Source: Eledone cirrhosa
Taxonomy: Eukaryota
Direction: 5' to 3'
Length of the DNA: 64,000 nt
Assembly (NCBI GenBank): GCA_964016885.1
Contig: OZ024742.1
Location: 127,658,001-127,722,000 of the forward strand
Position 1 is the first letter of the stretch, and every line of letters starts with the position of its first letter. Shown here piece after piece: positions 63,480 through 64,000 of the stretch. The position numbers were made by a program, and so were the translations under genes. The notes below the pieces were generated by a model. It saw nothing but the letters and a program-made list of their open reading frames with translations. It did not search any database and was not told the DNA's origin.

Positions 63480-64000
63480 ACTCACCCTAACCGCAGCATC
63501 CAGGACGTGGGAAGAATCAAAAGAGTCACTAATTGTGACGTCCCAGACAAGGCATCTGCCTCTCGACCAGGGTCACAGAGTAAGGCCGTCCGTTAGGTCT
63601 TTTCCCATCACCTTTGGACAACCCAGATGGTTCCAAGATTGAGGGGATGTTCGCCCGGACCAAAGCTCTCTTGAGAATGAGGTTTAGCTCTGTGTGACGC
63701 GCGAAGCGACCGGCATTCAGGCGGCAAGAGAGACCGTGGAGTCGAGGAGTTTTTCACATCGACACCTCAAACCCGTACAGACGTCAGCTCCCATTCGGAG
63801 GGAAATGGAGACTCGAAGCTAAGTAGGCCACAACCGTTAGCTACGGGTAGGGCATCAACCCAGTCACCCGAGTATTTGGCGCTGGCAGTAAGCGGCACCT
63901 TGAAAACTGATCCGACTGGACGAAGAGGGAGTCAAAGGTGGCCTTTGCATCTTATGCTGTCCCTAGCTCTCTGACTTCGACTGTTCTCCACCTTCTCAGG
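63480..64000 (-). mobile_element. CRE-clade non-LTR retrotransposon remnant (zinc knuckle + restriction-like endonuclease)
   Basis: My manual translation: SGDWVDALP, SLRMGADVC..RCRC, HGLSCRLNAGRFARHTELN..KRAL..ANIPSILEPSGL..GDGK..DGLTL*PWSRGRCLVWDVT. Confidence 0.85.

Overview
This is AT-rich, microsatellite-dense animal genomic DNA. The repeat spectrum suggests a coleoid cephalopod such as Octopus, but that is an inference. One host gene is supported: a + strand BTB-BACK-Kelch (KLHL-family) gene with coding exons at 43315-43701 and 54415-55782, separated by a 10.7 kb intron, with a CpG-retaining promoter-like region near 38.8-39.3 kb. The rest is layered transposon material: the 5' half of a Gypsy (Mag-like) element, a short non-autonomous LTR element with a tRNA-Trp primer-binding site (PBS), many RTE-clade LINEs whose RT carries a PHD finger, CR1-, Ingi/Vingi-like and CRE LINE remnants, mariner and piggyBac remnants with TTAA MITEs, Helitron Rep/helicase remnants and non-autonomous Helitrons, tRNA-derived SINEs and several fold-back elements. 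The most notable signal is a dispersed, apparently non-coding repeat carrying four type-I minimal hammerhead ribozyme motifs. These show compensatory base changes in stem II, and two of them sit in opposite orientations inside a ~330 bp palindrome, an architecture resembling Penelope-like elements or retrozymes.
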